64,000 bases of DNA from Bispira polyomma (Eukaryota): NCBI GenBank assembly GCA_965649765.1, contig OZ287753.1, forward strand, positions 12,648,001-12,712,000. The letters are read 5' to 3'. Numbering within the stretch: position 1 is the first letter of the stretch; each line of letters starts with the position of its first letter. The notes under the pieces are model-generated. The model searched no databases. It was not told the DNA's origin and saw only the letters and a list, made by a program, of their open reading frames with translations. Positions 49,778 through 61,739 of the stretch are shown here, piece after piece. A program made the translations under genes and the position numbers.

Positions 49778-52700
49778 GACTCTTTGTTTTAAGAATGGTG
49801 GAAATTTAGCCAATACTTGACCAGGCAAAGTTAAGATTTAAATGTTGAAATTCTTTACCATCTCAAGATTGGCCAGCAAAGCCAAAGCCTTTCTTAAGAT
49901 TGGGTAGCAAAATTAGTTCATCTTAATATTTTTAAACCAACTTAAAATTTAAACTGTTGTAAAAATACCAAAAAATGTTTTACCCTCTAGCCCATTAAGG
50001 TTATCGAAATTCTAAGTTGGGATATAACAAGTACAATGTAATTTTGAGTTTTTTATTACTTACCAGATGTACAATTGAAATCCAGTGGCACTAAAACCTT
50101 TTTTCTGGAAGGATTCCCCTTGTTTGTGACGTCATATTGTGTCCACGTATTTCTAGTCAACTGGTCAGATTTGTCATTCTTTCTATCTTTTGCTTGCATT
50201 ATTTTTGCCACACTTTCAATAAAGCAATTGTTTAGCTACATAGCACTTGTAAATTTCGATACCAAAATAATGAAGTTACAAATATGTTAGCACATAAAGG
50301 CGATATTGAAAAGTTTTTGGGTCAATGGCCACCATGCCAGGTCTAAGTTGGATTTTTGAAATGTTCCGTAAACTGGAGCACTTACATATGGAGATGGAAG
50401 AACACATAGCTTCCCATATCCAACACCAGCAGCTCGAATGCTGAAGATTTAATATAGAGCATATGTTGGCCCCTCCTCATTTATCTCAAGCTTCAATCTA
50501 TGCATTATCACATAAACAGGCTAATAGATTACCGGTCTACTAACTATTGCAAGGTCATCTTATTAAACCTTCTATACCTAGTATTGATACTTGTCCGATT
50601 AAAATCATTTGAACCAATGGCTATTTATTCTAACAATGATACCCTACTGTGTTGGCTATAAAAATCTCAAACTTTTTAACCAATCAAATTGAATATTTTA
50701 TGTTTTTAGGTATATCAAATCTTTATAGACAGAAAATAGACAGTTCCTGAAAAAAAGTCTTTCTATTTCCAGAGAAAAACATCTATACACAGCACTACAT
50801 TCCAAAGTCATATGATGATTGACTTTGAAATAGACTAGCAGTTGATATATCCTATATTTTATTTCTACACTCTACATTATTTACACATTGTACAAACATT
50901 AATCATTTGTAAAATAAGATCACATTAGGAGTTTGAGATAAGCATAAATTAAAATATGGATTCTATGTTTAATAAGTGAACAAAAGCCACGGTAACCATA
51001 ACTTAATGTCTGACCTATTCTATGTACACCCGAGCTAGAGTAACCTTAGCAGTTTAAGTTGGCAAAGCTGATCTTAAATTAAGCTTAAAATCAGTTGAGT
51101 TTACCCTGAAATTTGTATATTTAAGGTAGCCTTAAGATTTGATGAGAATGTAAATTACAAGTATGTAAAGTATATGAGAAAAAAACACCAAAAACAGCAG
51201 TAAAATGAAATAGAGAAACAGACACACCGGCAAGCTAAAAACTAATTAAAATAGAGGTGCGGCAGTATGCTCAAAGTGTCGTTCAGTTTGTAAGGTTCAC
51301 CCTTTAAGCCACCACTTAGCTCACTCATGCTTTATAATCAGCTGCATAATGCAGCCTACAAAAGCACTAATCAGATTCCTTTAGATATATCCATACACTT
51401 TTTGACAATATGTAAACTTATTTTTGCATTCTTTTACAGAACTATCGGGACGATTGCCGTGGTGATAGTGTTTGATTTTATGTCACAGCTGTTGTACAAC
51501 ACTCTTGCTGGCCTCTGACAGACCATGGATTTGCTGAACCTAAATATTTGCAGTTAGCATTACCCAGGCCCTTGGTTGTGCTGAGGTCCCGGTTCGAATC
51601 TCGGTCGAGGCTTTAAGTGGGAATGTTGACAGTTACATGGTCACTAGTTTCCAGTGTCAAATCTTGACCAACTAGTATACACTGATTTTCTCAAACACTC
51701 AAACTGCCCATCCTGATATGACCTATAAAATATTTGAAAGTGCAATTAAAGCAGCTGCCACAGACATATGGGGAGGAGACCCCGATAATGCAGTCGGGAC
51801 CAATCCTTCGTATTTTACATTGATTCCAAAAAAAAGTGGGACATTTCTTGTCCCATGACTATAATCGTAGTGGTTCCTGACTGTAACTATAGATAGATAG
51901 CAAGGACCTATAGATCGAGACAGATCTGGGATTTGAATCGTAAGAAACCCAAATATTCTTCCGATTGACCAAGATAAGTCGTTATAACCAGTTACTATCA
52001 TAAAGATAGGTCATTTTCATCACTGATAGTTCGGTACCTTGTTCCTAATAGGTTGGGGCCTCCATCCCAAGTGCATGCTACTTTGATAAGATAGATCTTT
52101 CAACTTTGCAATCATGAGTCGTATGGAACCTCGCAATTTGCCTCCAAAACTATATATAATGGGGCAGAGCTTACAAATTCAGACAGTTTTTATTGAGAAG
52201 TCAACTGAGCAACATGATACAACAAAGGATAATAGATATTGCCCAAATTCCACAAGCGTAATTCGCATTTATGTAGTTACAATTACTTGCACAAAGAGAT
52301 ATTTGCATCTTGGGCCGGGTGAGACAAAAGATGGGTTCCTTCCACCAGGTGATTGCTCCAGAGCGAAAAATATATAATGGCGTTGTGCCGTTCAAGAATC
52401 ATTTTCATCAAGTGAAGCGTAATATAAATTTGCAATACATATCTGATGTCATGTATATTGTAGATAAAATGGTACATATTTCAAAAATATCCAGCGATCA
52501 TACAAAGTATTACATAGGGCATCACAATGTCATGACAGCATATGTATCATTTTTGTACCTTTTTTATGTAGTTCCTCGTCAATCTATTATCACAAATGAC
52601 AATATATGAGTTTGGTAATGGAAGGATCATTGATGATGTCTCTATGGTAAAAGCCTACACTTTCTTCTTTTAGTACCCTATGAAATAAAGTTACAGTCAA

Positions 52701-53836
52701 TACATAAAAAATGGTACATCACAAGATCCGTTAAATCACCATAAAATTGATAGTCAAAAAGTTGTGTGAATATATTTTGATATTATCAAGATTTCAAAAT
52801 ATAACAATTTCTATAACTTTCTTTCAGAGCAAAAAATATGATGGCTTAACCATTATAGAATAATAATAAAAGAATAATGACAGAGTGATTACAAAGTAGC
52901 AGTTTCAAAATAAACCAAGATAACAGACAAATCAAGATTTGGAAATATTCACCTTTGGAAAATAAGTGATAGTTATTATAATAAACATGTTAGTTTTCAG
53001 GAAACAATAGGCCTTTTACCTTTTGTCTGCCTAAATTACAGCTGCATTTACCAGCAATGGGGTTTTGAATCTATTGTAATCAAACAGGTGATTTTCATTA
53101 TTTACCATATGCATTGTGTGACAACTTAGTGACATATTGCAGCAGACAATAAACTGGAAGAAGGTGCACAATCATTAGACATGCCAGCCATTCAGTCATA
53201 TCATTTAAATATGAAAAAGTAATATACATTACTAACATCATTTGCTGTACCGTTGTCATTCTTATATACATCTAATTGACATTCCAGTGCAGAAAGCATG
53301 GATCTCAGTTTAAAAGCACCAACCATATACTGTTGAAATGTCGCTGTTGATTTTAACTCACAGAAAATAGTATGTCACAGGACAATAAACTTCATAAAAG
53401 ACAGGGTTAAATGTCTTTTGGTTTTGTGTAACTTGTTTGTTTCAGTAACTTATGAACACACAGGAACAATTGCTGAAGCAATCAGAACTACTAACTGTAA
53501 CTGCCAATGCGGATTATGCCTTGATACTGATATTTACCTTATGTGTACAATGTGAGTTAATATTACACAGGAACTGTATGTTTGCCAATTGATCTTAGTT
53601 TCAGATATTTTAGATCACATGTAAACACCTGAACTGATGAAGTGAACATATTTTTCAAGTTCATTGTCACTGATTCTTGATACTGTATGAATACACACTA
53701 GATGAAAGTGAAGTTTAAAATGATTATATTTAACAAATTGGAATAAATATTAACATGACAGCAAACTATTGACTATACATTGTGCTTGCTACCTGTTTCT
53801 CGAAACTAGTTCACTTACATAGAAAGTTATATTATC

Positions 53837-55785
53837 ATGTTAGTAATATATTGTTGTTTACTTTAACTCACAGTCTATCTAGTAGTGTATTACATTAGTA
53901 TCAATCATGTTGCCATTGGTGCTGAGACACACTGTCTCCAGTATCACAAAATGAATATACACCCTAGGGCACTGCCATGTGATCCTGTAAACCCACCTCT
54001 TACAAATTATTCCAAGTCTGATTATAGCTGGTCAGCCACATTTAATTCCTGTAGTAGTATTTCAGCCATTCAGTTGCTGATAGAGTCAGCGGATATCAAT
54101 ACCTTAGTGATTTTTTACACCTCAAAGTACTCAACTTTAGTGTACAGTATGGAAATGAATACAATACTTCCTGTGGCAATATATTCCATTGATACTGAGT
54201 TACAAAATGTCAGTGTTAAAGCTAGTATTATTGACACATTCTATAAACTCAAGAACCATCAGGAACACTTTCTGCTTATTGGAGAAACAGATTTTTTTAC
54301 ATCGGTGGATTATTCTCACCCAGGACCAGAGTTTACTACATTTAGAAAAACATATATCAAATATACAACACTTAACAGCAGTTACTGTATCACAGATGAA
54401 CAGCTTCGTGGACATTTATGCAGCAATGTGGAAGCCTCATGGACGAAAGTTTGATCTCACAGGTGATATATCATTGTCTTCTGAAACATGCATGTTACTG
54501 TATATAAATAGTCAGATCACACTTTTTCCTAATGAAATGTATGGTTTCAATGGACAGTTGTTCAGAGTAGCCACTCAGCTTTGGCCAGTCTATGTCATCA
54601 CTGAAGAGCACTATTCTAACAGAACTATGTATAAAGGTACTTTAATGGAACTTTTTTTGTTGTAAGCCAATATCTTAATTTCACCTTTGAACTGATAATA
54701 CCACCTGGTGGATATTTGGGAGGTAAAGTCAATGGCACTTGGAATGGGATTGTGGGACTCCTACACACCAAAGATTAAGCGTCATGGATTTTGCTGAAAT
54801 TCCTGTTGTGTTTGACACTCATGTGGCCATCTACAAACCACCACCCTCACTGCAAACCACACTGTATTTATATCTAACACCTTTCAGTAATATTGTTTGG
54901 TTAATGATTGTAATGGTTTGGTTTGGAATAAGCTTATTTATTAGTGTTGTTGAAACCATTCATACATACTGGATCAATGGACATATGCCAAGTGTGAGAT
55001 TCCAAGTGTGCATTATCATTGATACACTGTGGTGTTCATTTGCTTCATTTTTCACTCAGAGCATTAAGATTAAAAGGTTAAGAATGTCTACAGCCTGCTT
55101 ATGGGGGACTTGGTGGCTGTTTGCCCTGCTTATTGTCATGGTGTGGTCTGGAAATGTTATATCTTTCATCACAGTCAAACTACATCCAGATCTTATCTCT
55201 GGACTAGACTATCTAGCAAAGCAGAAGAAATTAAAAATCATCACTCTACGCAGTAGTGCTTTCGAAAAATTTTTGTTGACATCCAGTGACTCATTGCTGC
55301 ACCAGCTTGGTCAAATGGTGCTCTTGGCAAGGCAAGAAGAGTCTAAACTCTTAACAACTGATCATGATGGTCTCATGTCCAAAGTAAAAGAAGGTGGATA
55401 TGTGTACTTTATAGATCAAATCACATTAAAACATGAAGCATATAACAGTAACTGTTCCCTCACTATTATTCCCCAGAGCATTTATCCATTTGGGTATCAT
55501 TTTGGACCACAAAAGAATTCCACTTACCATCAGGTGTTCACTAAAGCAGCCATTAAAATCAATGAGGTAGGACTGTACAAATATTGGGTTAGAAGGTATG
55601 TGAAAGATGTAAAGGAACAGGCATGTATGAATGCCATGACACATCCACAGGAGTTTTACTATCTACAGACCATGCTCATTGGTTTTGCCACGATGCTCGG
55701 GATAGCTGTTATTATTTTCGGGATGGAAAATATCATATATGTGATTAAAATGAAAGGAACGGAATATAGAAATAAAGAAGCTTAG
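53837..55785 (+). pseudogene. IR pseudogene, recent duplicate of 12406-14475
   Basis: CAA>TAA at codon 10; deletion of about 68 nt near 54295; 2-nt loss near 54652; 43-nt deletion near 54770 between CAAAGA repeats. Confidence 0.93.
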
Positions 55786-56309
55786 CACTACAGGCTTGCA
55801 TGGTAGTTCATCCGTTACTTTGAAAATCACACTGTTATTCATTCAAAATGAAATAGCTTATATTTGTTTCCTCTTTTGATTGTATAATTGTTTTCCACAC
55901 TTTCAATTCGGCCAATATTTTAGTCCCAACAATGTTAAATTTTCCTACTATGTCTGCAATAAAATCTGTCAATAATATACTGTTTGTTTTTATTTACCTT
56001 CTTTTGTTGCCTTCGAACTTTAGTATATGACCTGTACACCTGGCTGGCTCTAATTTTCACCTGTAATTTTAACCACCAATATAATCTCAAATATTCTCAG
56101 ACTGGTAACCCCCAAAATACAATATTTTGATTCATGTGTGAAGATTTTGTAGTATGACAAGAGAAGCATAGATATTTATTCAATATTCTTCATGATAATA
56201 CAAAATTACAATGCAAACAAAATAATTATCACAAATTACACTACATAAGTGGTCGACATTAGTTGGGAGGAACATAAGTTGAGACAGTGGTGTACAGTTT
56301 CTGTCTCAA

Positions 56310-57104
56310 CTTGTAGAAATGTCTAAAACAAAGGGAAGGTAAAATCAAATCATTTTTACTGAATAGGCTTGCCCTTCTCTTTGACACACTAGGTCTTGCT
56401 TTATTAAGACTCTCTCGGTGGGGACACTACTGACAGGTGGTGCTAGGCCTGTTTTGCATCCTTTGACAGCAAAGAGTAGAACAACTTTTTTCTTCTTGAG
56501 ATGGTTCTTTAGTTAAATAGAGTTCCACTTCTTTTCTGTAGTTTTATTATAACCTACTCTAGGAACAGAGTTTTCCTCAACCACTATGACATCTTCAATT
56601 AAACCAATCATAAACTTATAAATTTCCTGTTGTGTTTCTTGGAGGTCGGTTCATTAACATTTTGGGCATCTGAACCTTCAGGATCCTGTTTAATATTTGG
56701 GTGATATGGTTAGTTATCCCGGGTTTCTGTTTAATATAATCAGCCACAGCCTTCGTTTCATTACTAACATTGTCAGTTTTAGCTGTAGAAATCTTAGGAA
56801 AGCCCCAGTGCACTCTAGTTTTCTCTATGTTTTCTGCAGTATGTTGGTGTGAAAACAATTTTGTTTCCAAGACATAATATGTCAGTTTCCAAGTCATTGT
56901 ATCATAGCTCTAAGTATTTAGGCTTGTCATGAGTGATAGCTATGTCATGCAGACCGCTGATCTCTGTCTTTAGTTTCATAACAGTTTTGGTAAAAAAGAT
57001 TTGGTAGTTGAGCAGTTATAGTTTGTCTTGTGGGGACTGTGTAATTAGGTTCAAATGCCTTAATCAGATACTCAAAATCATCTCCGCTAACAGTAGACAA
57101 GGGG
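56310..57104 (-). mobile_element. hAT (ZBED1-like) transposase remnant with internal deletions, cut off by the Maverick
   Basis: PLSTVSGDDFEYLIKAFEPNYTVPTRQTI, WKLTYYVLET...HTAENI, TDN.SN and the hATC tail. Confidence 0.82.
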
Positions 57105-57189
57105 AGTAGTAAGAGTGTATGTAAGATCGCCTACCGTATAATGTACGGGGCAATGGGCACGATCTAATCAGAACTTTTCATACCTCCGA

Positions 57190-57243
57190 GAGCTTTGTAA
57201 AGACAAGCACACAAGCCCGAGCTTTGTAAAGACGAGTACACAA
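57190..57243 (+). repeat. Subterminal 25-bp direct repeat (GAGCTTTGTAAAGACRAGYACACAA, two copies) in the presumed Maverick TIR
   Basis: Copies at 57190-57214 and 57219-57243. Confidence 0.75.
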
Positions 57244-57456
57244 TATACAAACGTATATTATACACATGAAATTTGTATTTAACCTAAATCTGAAAAACAT
57301 GGTCTTACTGTAACATTGAAGTGGGTACATATTGTCAAGGCAAAATAACTTTCACTGTACACAAAACTTGAACATCAAAAGAATAATGTATAATTTCATG
57401 GCAAAATCATTTTACTTGTAAACAAAACACTTATCATTTTATGTAACATTAGAATA

Positions 57457-58020
57457 ATGAGAACTGCACATTACTACAAATAAAGCCTGCAAGCTAAAAT
57501 ACAAATCTGTAGTAGTTGTGAAAAGATGCATGCTGGACAGACTGAAAACAAAGAATCAAAATCATCTAAATTTATTGGTTTATTTTCAAATCCATCAAGA
57601 CAAACTCATTGTGCTGACTCAGTTGTATATCCTGCTTCAAATACAGGGTTTACTAGTGGATTTTCGTTGCCAACATCTGTGTTACCACCCTAGAAACCAA
57701 AAGGATTTGCATTCGGTACACGCATTCAAGAATACGTACAGAAACAATGTTATAGCAAAACATATTATGATATTACAACTTATCGTAAATATGATGCTAG
57801 AATCAAATCCTACATTAATATGTGGCCAAGATGTCATCAAATCCATTCAGAAGCATTAGCTAAAGCTGGTTTCGTGTATACTGGTGAAGGTGATAAATGT
57901 GTATGTCCATGGTACAAAGTAATACTAACAGCATGGGAAGCTTTTGATGAACCATTTATTGAACACAGAAAACACTCTCCATTTTGTGAATTTATTTTGA
58001 TGTTATTTACTGCTCCTTAA
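57457..58020 (+). pseudogene. Maverick BIR-domain (IAP/survivin-like) gene
   Basis: ARIKSY..WP...LAKAGFVYTGEGDKCVCPWY...LTAWEAFDEPFIEHRKHSPFCEF; second Zn Cys is Tyr; two upstream in-frame stops after ATG 57457. Confidence 0.88.
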
Positions 58021-58024
58021 AATT

Positions 58025-58411
58025 ATGGAATACACCATTGATTGTGCTGACAACAAGAAATTGAAAATTGAACTAATCAATGATGAATACCACATGACAT
58101 TACACAGTGATAAAGGGATAATATCATTATGTGCCTCTAGATATGCAATGTTAAAAGGAAATATTGACAAACTTAGTGATTTATTAAAATGTGTTGACAA
58201 TAGTGTTGTTGATTTTAAAGTACATGTAGGTAATAATATTTACCCATATGTTAAATCACCATATAAATGTGTACAGATACGCTAGTTTAAGTATAATGTT
58301 GTACTGAATAAATGTTTACCTACAAATAATGGTATATCGTTAAAATTGATACAATGGTTACATTTGCTTGACATATTGAGAAATTGTGGCAAAAATTATA
58401 ATGTCAACTAA
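58025..58411 (+). pseudogene. PC4-like ssDNA-binding protein
   Basis: HVGNNIY..VKSPYKCVQIR*F...PTNNGISLKLIQW matches PC4 V.IR.F...PT..GISL...QW; one internal stop. Confidence 0.7.
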
Positions 58412-59544
58412 AGTCAAAAAAGATTATCTGCATAAGCTATATTTCTCATCAAGAAGTCCTGCTAGTTTTTCTTGCACCAGATAAATTATTATGTTACATT
58501 AAGAAAGCGGGTAAACACAAAATTACTAACTCAGAATTAAAGAAATGGTTAGCCACACAAGACAGTTATACTGCACACAGAAAAATACAGTATAAATTTA
58601 ATAGACCAAAAGTTATTGCCCCTACAAAATAGTATATGTATGATTCAGATACAGCATACTATCAATGATTGGCTACAAAAAACAATGGCTACAGTCATTT
58701 TTTACTTATGATTGATATTTTATCACATTATGTTTGGAAACATGCACTTAAAACTTTAACAGGGAAGGAAGTGTCTGTTGCACTGAACGACATTTTTAGT
58801 GTACAGAAACCAGATGTACCAAGGACGGATTCGGGTACAGAATTTAAATGTGAATGTAGCTAGAATGTTGCAAGAAAATGATATCAAACATTTCACCACA
58901 ACTGGTGAAACAAAAGCAAATTATGCTGAACGTGCCATCTAAACCATAAAATTAAAATTAGCAAAGTACATGACACAGTATCAAACCCATAAATGGTATG
59001 ATCAGCTTGACGATATGACAGAAAGCTACAATAATACATACCATAGAACAATAGAGATGTCACCAAACGAGGCATTACAAACAAAAGATAGTGTACTTTG
59101 GAATAAACAATACAAGGTTACAGATAAAGTGTCAAAAATCAAAACTGAAAGAAAAATGTTAAGCAATTGTATGCGAAAACTCCATACCATTACAAGATAG
59201 GATCTAGAGTGAAATTAAGTTCATTAAAGAAATCATTTCAAAAAGAGTATGATGAAAGGTGGACTAATAAAATTTTCACCATAACAGAGAGACACTTAAA
59301 TCAAGGAATACCAATGTACTCTTTTAAAGACTGTGGAAATTTACCTATTAAAGGTGACTTTTATGAAAATGAGTTACAATCTGTAATTATAGATGACAAC
59401 ACAGAGTATAAAATTGAAAAAATTGTAAATAAAAAGAAAACAATAAATGCGGTTAAGCATGTATTAGTGAAATGGCAGGGATGGAATAAGAAGTATAACA
59501 GTTATATTCCAGAATCAGATGTTAAAAACATTAAACAACAATAA
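58401..59544 (+). pseudogene. Maverick retroviral-like DDE integrase with C-terminal chromodomain
   Basis: LYF...SPASFS, KWLATQDSYTAHR, DSD, LLMIDILSHY, TDSGTEF, KANYAERAI, SYNNTYHRTIEMSP, and YKIEKIV...VKWQGW..KYNSYIP; multiple stops and frameshifts. Confidence 0.92.
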
Positions 59545-59574
59545 TTAAACACACAAGTGTATTCTACTGCAAAG

Positions 59575-59987
59575 ATGATACACCTGTTTTTAAACTGGAA
59601 AGATTCCACAGATACACACCCAAACAATGAACCATTTGATTTCACCGTTGAACTTCCAGAAAGCTTACAATTAACTGGATACTGGCAATGTGCACTTAGT
59701 GAATTTAAAATAGATACAAACATCATGGAAGACCTGTATGTCTTCACAGATATATGTACAGATAGTTATGTATTAGATAAAAAAAAAAACTACCTATACT
59801 GAGACAAGTAACCAAATCTGAGACTTTTTTGTCTCCATATATCATACAGATAAATCGCACAGATGTAGCTAGATTGAGAATATATATAAGAAATAGTGAA
59901 CTAGAAATACCATCATTCACTCCACTGTCATTAACATGTGCAGTCATATTTAGACAAGTAAAACGAATAAATGGTTACTGCATATAG
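59575..59987 (+). pseudogene. Maverick minor capsid (penton-like) protein
   Basis: DS...HPNN...DFTVELP..LQL.G.WQCALSE, LYVFTDIC.DSYV, LPILR; frameshift in the A-run at about 59778-59789. Confidence 0.78.
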
Positions 59988-60135
59988 AAAAAATGATAAA
60001 AGGTGAATTACCGTATGATCAATATTACATTGTGTCAGAACAAAGAGGAGCTGAGTCAGTAGAATTAATTACAACTACACAGTACAGCAAGCTCGTTCTG
60101 ATTTAAAACGGAAATTAAAACAGGCAAATACCATC
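59970..60135 (+). pseudogene. Small Maverick ORF remnant (possible core protein)
   Basis: Reads W.LHIEKMIKGELPYDQYYIVSEQRG...VQQARSDLKRKLK with a frameshift. Confidence 0.4.
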
Positions 60136-60136
60136 C

Positions 60137-61073
60137 ATACTAGATATTTTGTTACAATATGGTCATGATGTTAAAGAGTCACAGTTACAGAGTGAGATGT
60201 ACTTCAAAGATTCATCCGGAAGTATGGATGCTACAAATCCAGTAGCGGGTGGAAATGGTGGACTGTTAGATAGATACATGCTGAGTAGAACAAATGGTAC
60301 TGTTAGTATGGAAGGTCCAATACACATGGACATATGTCAACAAGATAAGGCAATTATTAATGGTGTTCCAATAACAACTAAACTGTACCCTACATTAGAT
60401 CCTTTTAGATTAATGGTGGACAGTGACAAAGAATATTTTTCAGGTTGAAATTATGGATGCCGTTTTAAAGGCTTGTCAAGTCGAGTTGAATTTACAACTA
60501 ATCCTAGCACACAACCAAGCATTTGATTTAAGTGATGCACTATATCCATTTTATAAAAGTGATATCAAAACATTTGGAATACCACAAGGAAATTACACAT
60601 TTTCTATAGAAGATCCATTTAATGGCCTGTCACCATCAAGTCTAATTGTTACTTTTGTAGCTAGTAATGCATATGCAGGAAGTTATAAGAGAAATTGGTT
60701 TAATTTCAATAACTTTGGTTTAACCTATTTAGAATTCTTGATTGATGGTGAAAGTGTACCCGGTCGACCAGATCAACCAGATTTTACAGATGGTGACTGG
60801 ACTGCAGCATACCTTAGTCTATTTTACAATCGTTACCCTCAAAATAGTGGTAATTTTATTACTAGAAGTGATTTCCCACATGGTTATTGTGTTTATGTGT
60901 TTAATATTGAAGACATAGTAAACAAAGAAATACTATCTAAGCAAAGGAAAGGTCACACTCGTATCCATATCAAATTTGGTAGTGCTCTAACTGAGCCTGT
61001 TACTGCATTAGTATATTCAAAATTCCCATCATTACTCAAAATTGATAAGACTAAGAATATTACATTAGCATGA
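60137..61073 (+). pseudogene. Maverick major capsid (double jelly-roll) protein, N-terminus deleted, one frameshift
   Basis: LLQYG.D.KESQL.SE.YFKD, EGPIHMDICQQDK.I.NGV, AYAGSYKRN.FNF, DGESVP, ITRSDFPHGY..YVF, G..RI.IKF..AL. Confidence 0.9.
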
Positions 61074-61519
61074 ATACTACCCAGATAGAAGAGTACGTGC
61101 TATGTGATGATTATATCAGACAATATTATGGTGGTGTGTTAGCAGTTGACCAGTTACCAGAAGTTGTAATACCACCCAAAATTTATGTCATCAATATAGA
61201 TCCATCACACAAACCAGGCAAACATTGGATAGGTGTTTTAATTCATGATAAACCAGAATATTTTGATTCACTTGCTAAAGAGGTACTGCCAAGAATTACA
61301 CAATTCTTAACACAAGATGTTGAATCCTATATGAAAAACTCGTATATACTACAGCACCATAGGTCTGATTCTTGTGGACTATTTGTTTTATTCTACTGTT
61401 ACTTTAGATGTAGAGGAAAATCATTACAAGAAATAGTTGATATGTTTGACCCATCCAATTTGGTGTATAATGAATGTATTGTGAAATATTTTTATAAAAT
61501 AACAAACAAGTGTGTATGA
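61070..61519 (+). CDS. Adenain-like (C5) cysteine protease, intact 149-aa ORF
   Basis: N.DP..KPG.HW, EYFDS, LQ...S.SCG (H-D-Q-C catalytic set); ATGA overlap with the capsid stop. Confidence 0.92.
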   Translation: MNTTQIEEYVLCDDYIRQYYGGVLAVDQLPEVVIPPKIYVINIDPSHKPGKHWIGVLIHDKPEYFDSLAKEVLPRITQFLTQDVESYMKNSYILQHHRSDSCGLFVLFYCYFRCRGKSLQEIVDMFDPSNLVYNECIVKYFYKITNKCV

Positions 61520-61532
61520 AACATTATGATTT

Positions 61533-61589
61533 TTTATTATCAATAGTACATCAATAGCATAGCATGTATAAGCTTAGACAATTAATAAA
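61533..61589. terminator. Opposed AATAAA polyadenylation signals where the two Maverick gene blocks converge
   Basis: TTTATT at 61533-61538 (minus-strand AATAAA) and AATAAA at 61584-61589. Confidence 0.5.
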
Positions 61590-61739
61590 CAAAGAAGTGT
61601 AAACTATGTATGAATATATATATTGTGTAACATTTGTTAAATAAACATACAATTGCAGTACTTTGGTGCAGTTCATGATTGTTATACATAAAATGATATA
61701 TACCAATAAAATGATTCATTTTTTTTTTTTTAATCAGAA

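Larger units (their letters stand above)
48150..56735 (+). repeat. Segmental duplication copy B
   Basis: Collinear with 7562-15908 except for copy-specific insertions and deletions. Confidence 0.93.

Noticed and set aside
57820-58020. Host IAP exon
   Set aside because: No evident splice structure, and it is packed between the Maverick terminus and viral genes; treated as element cargo.
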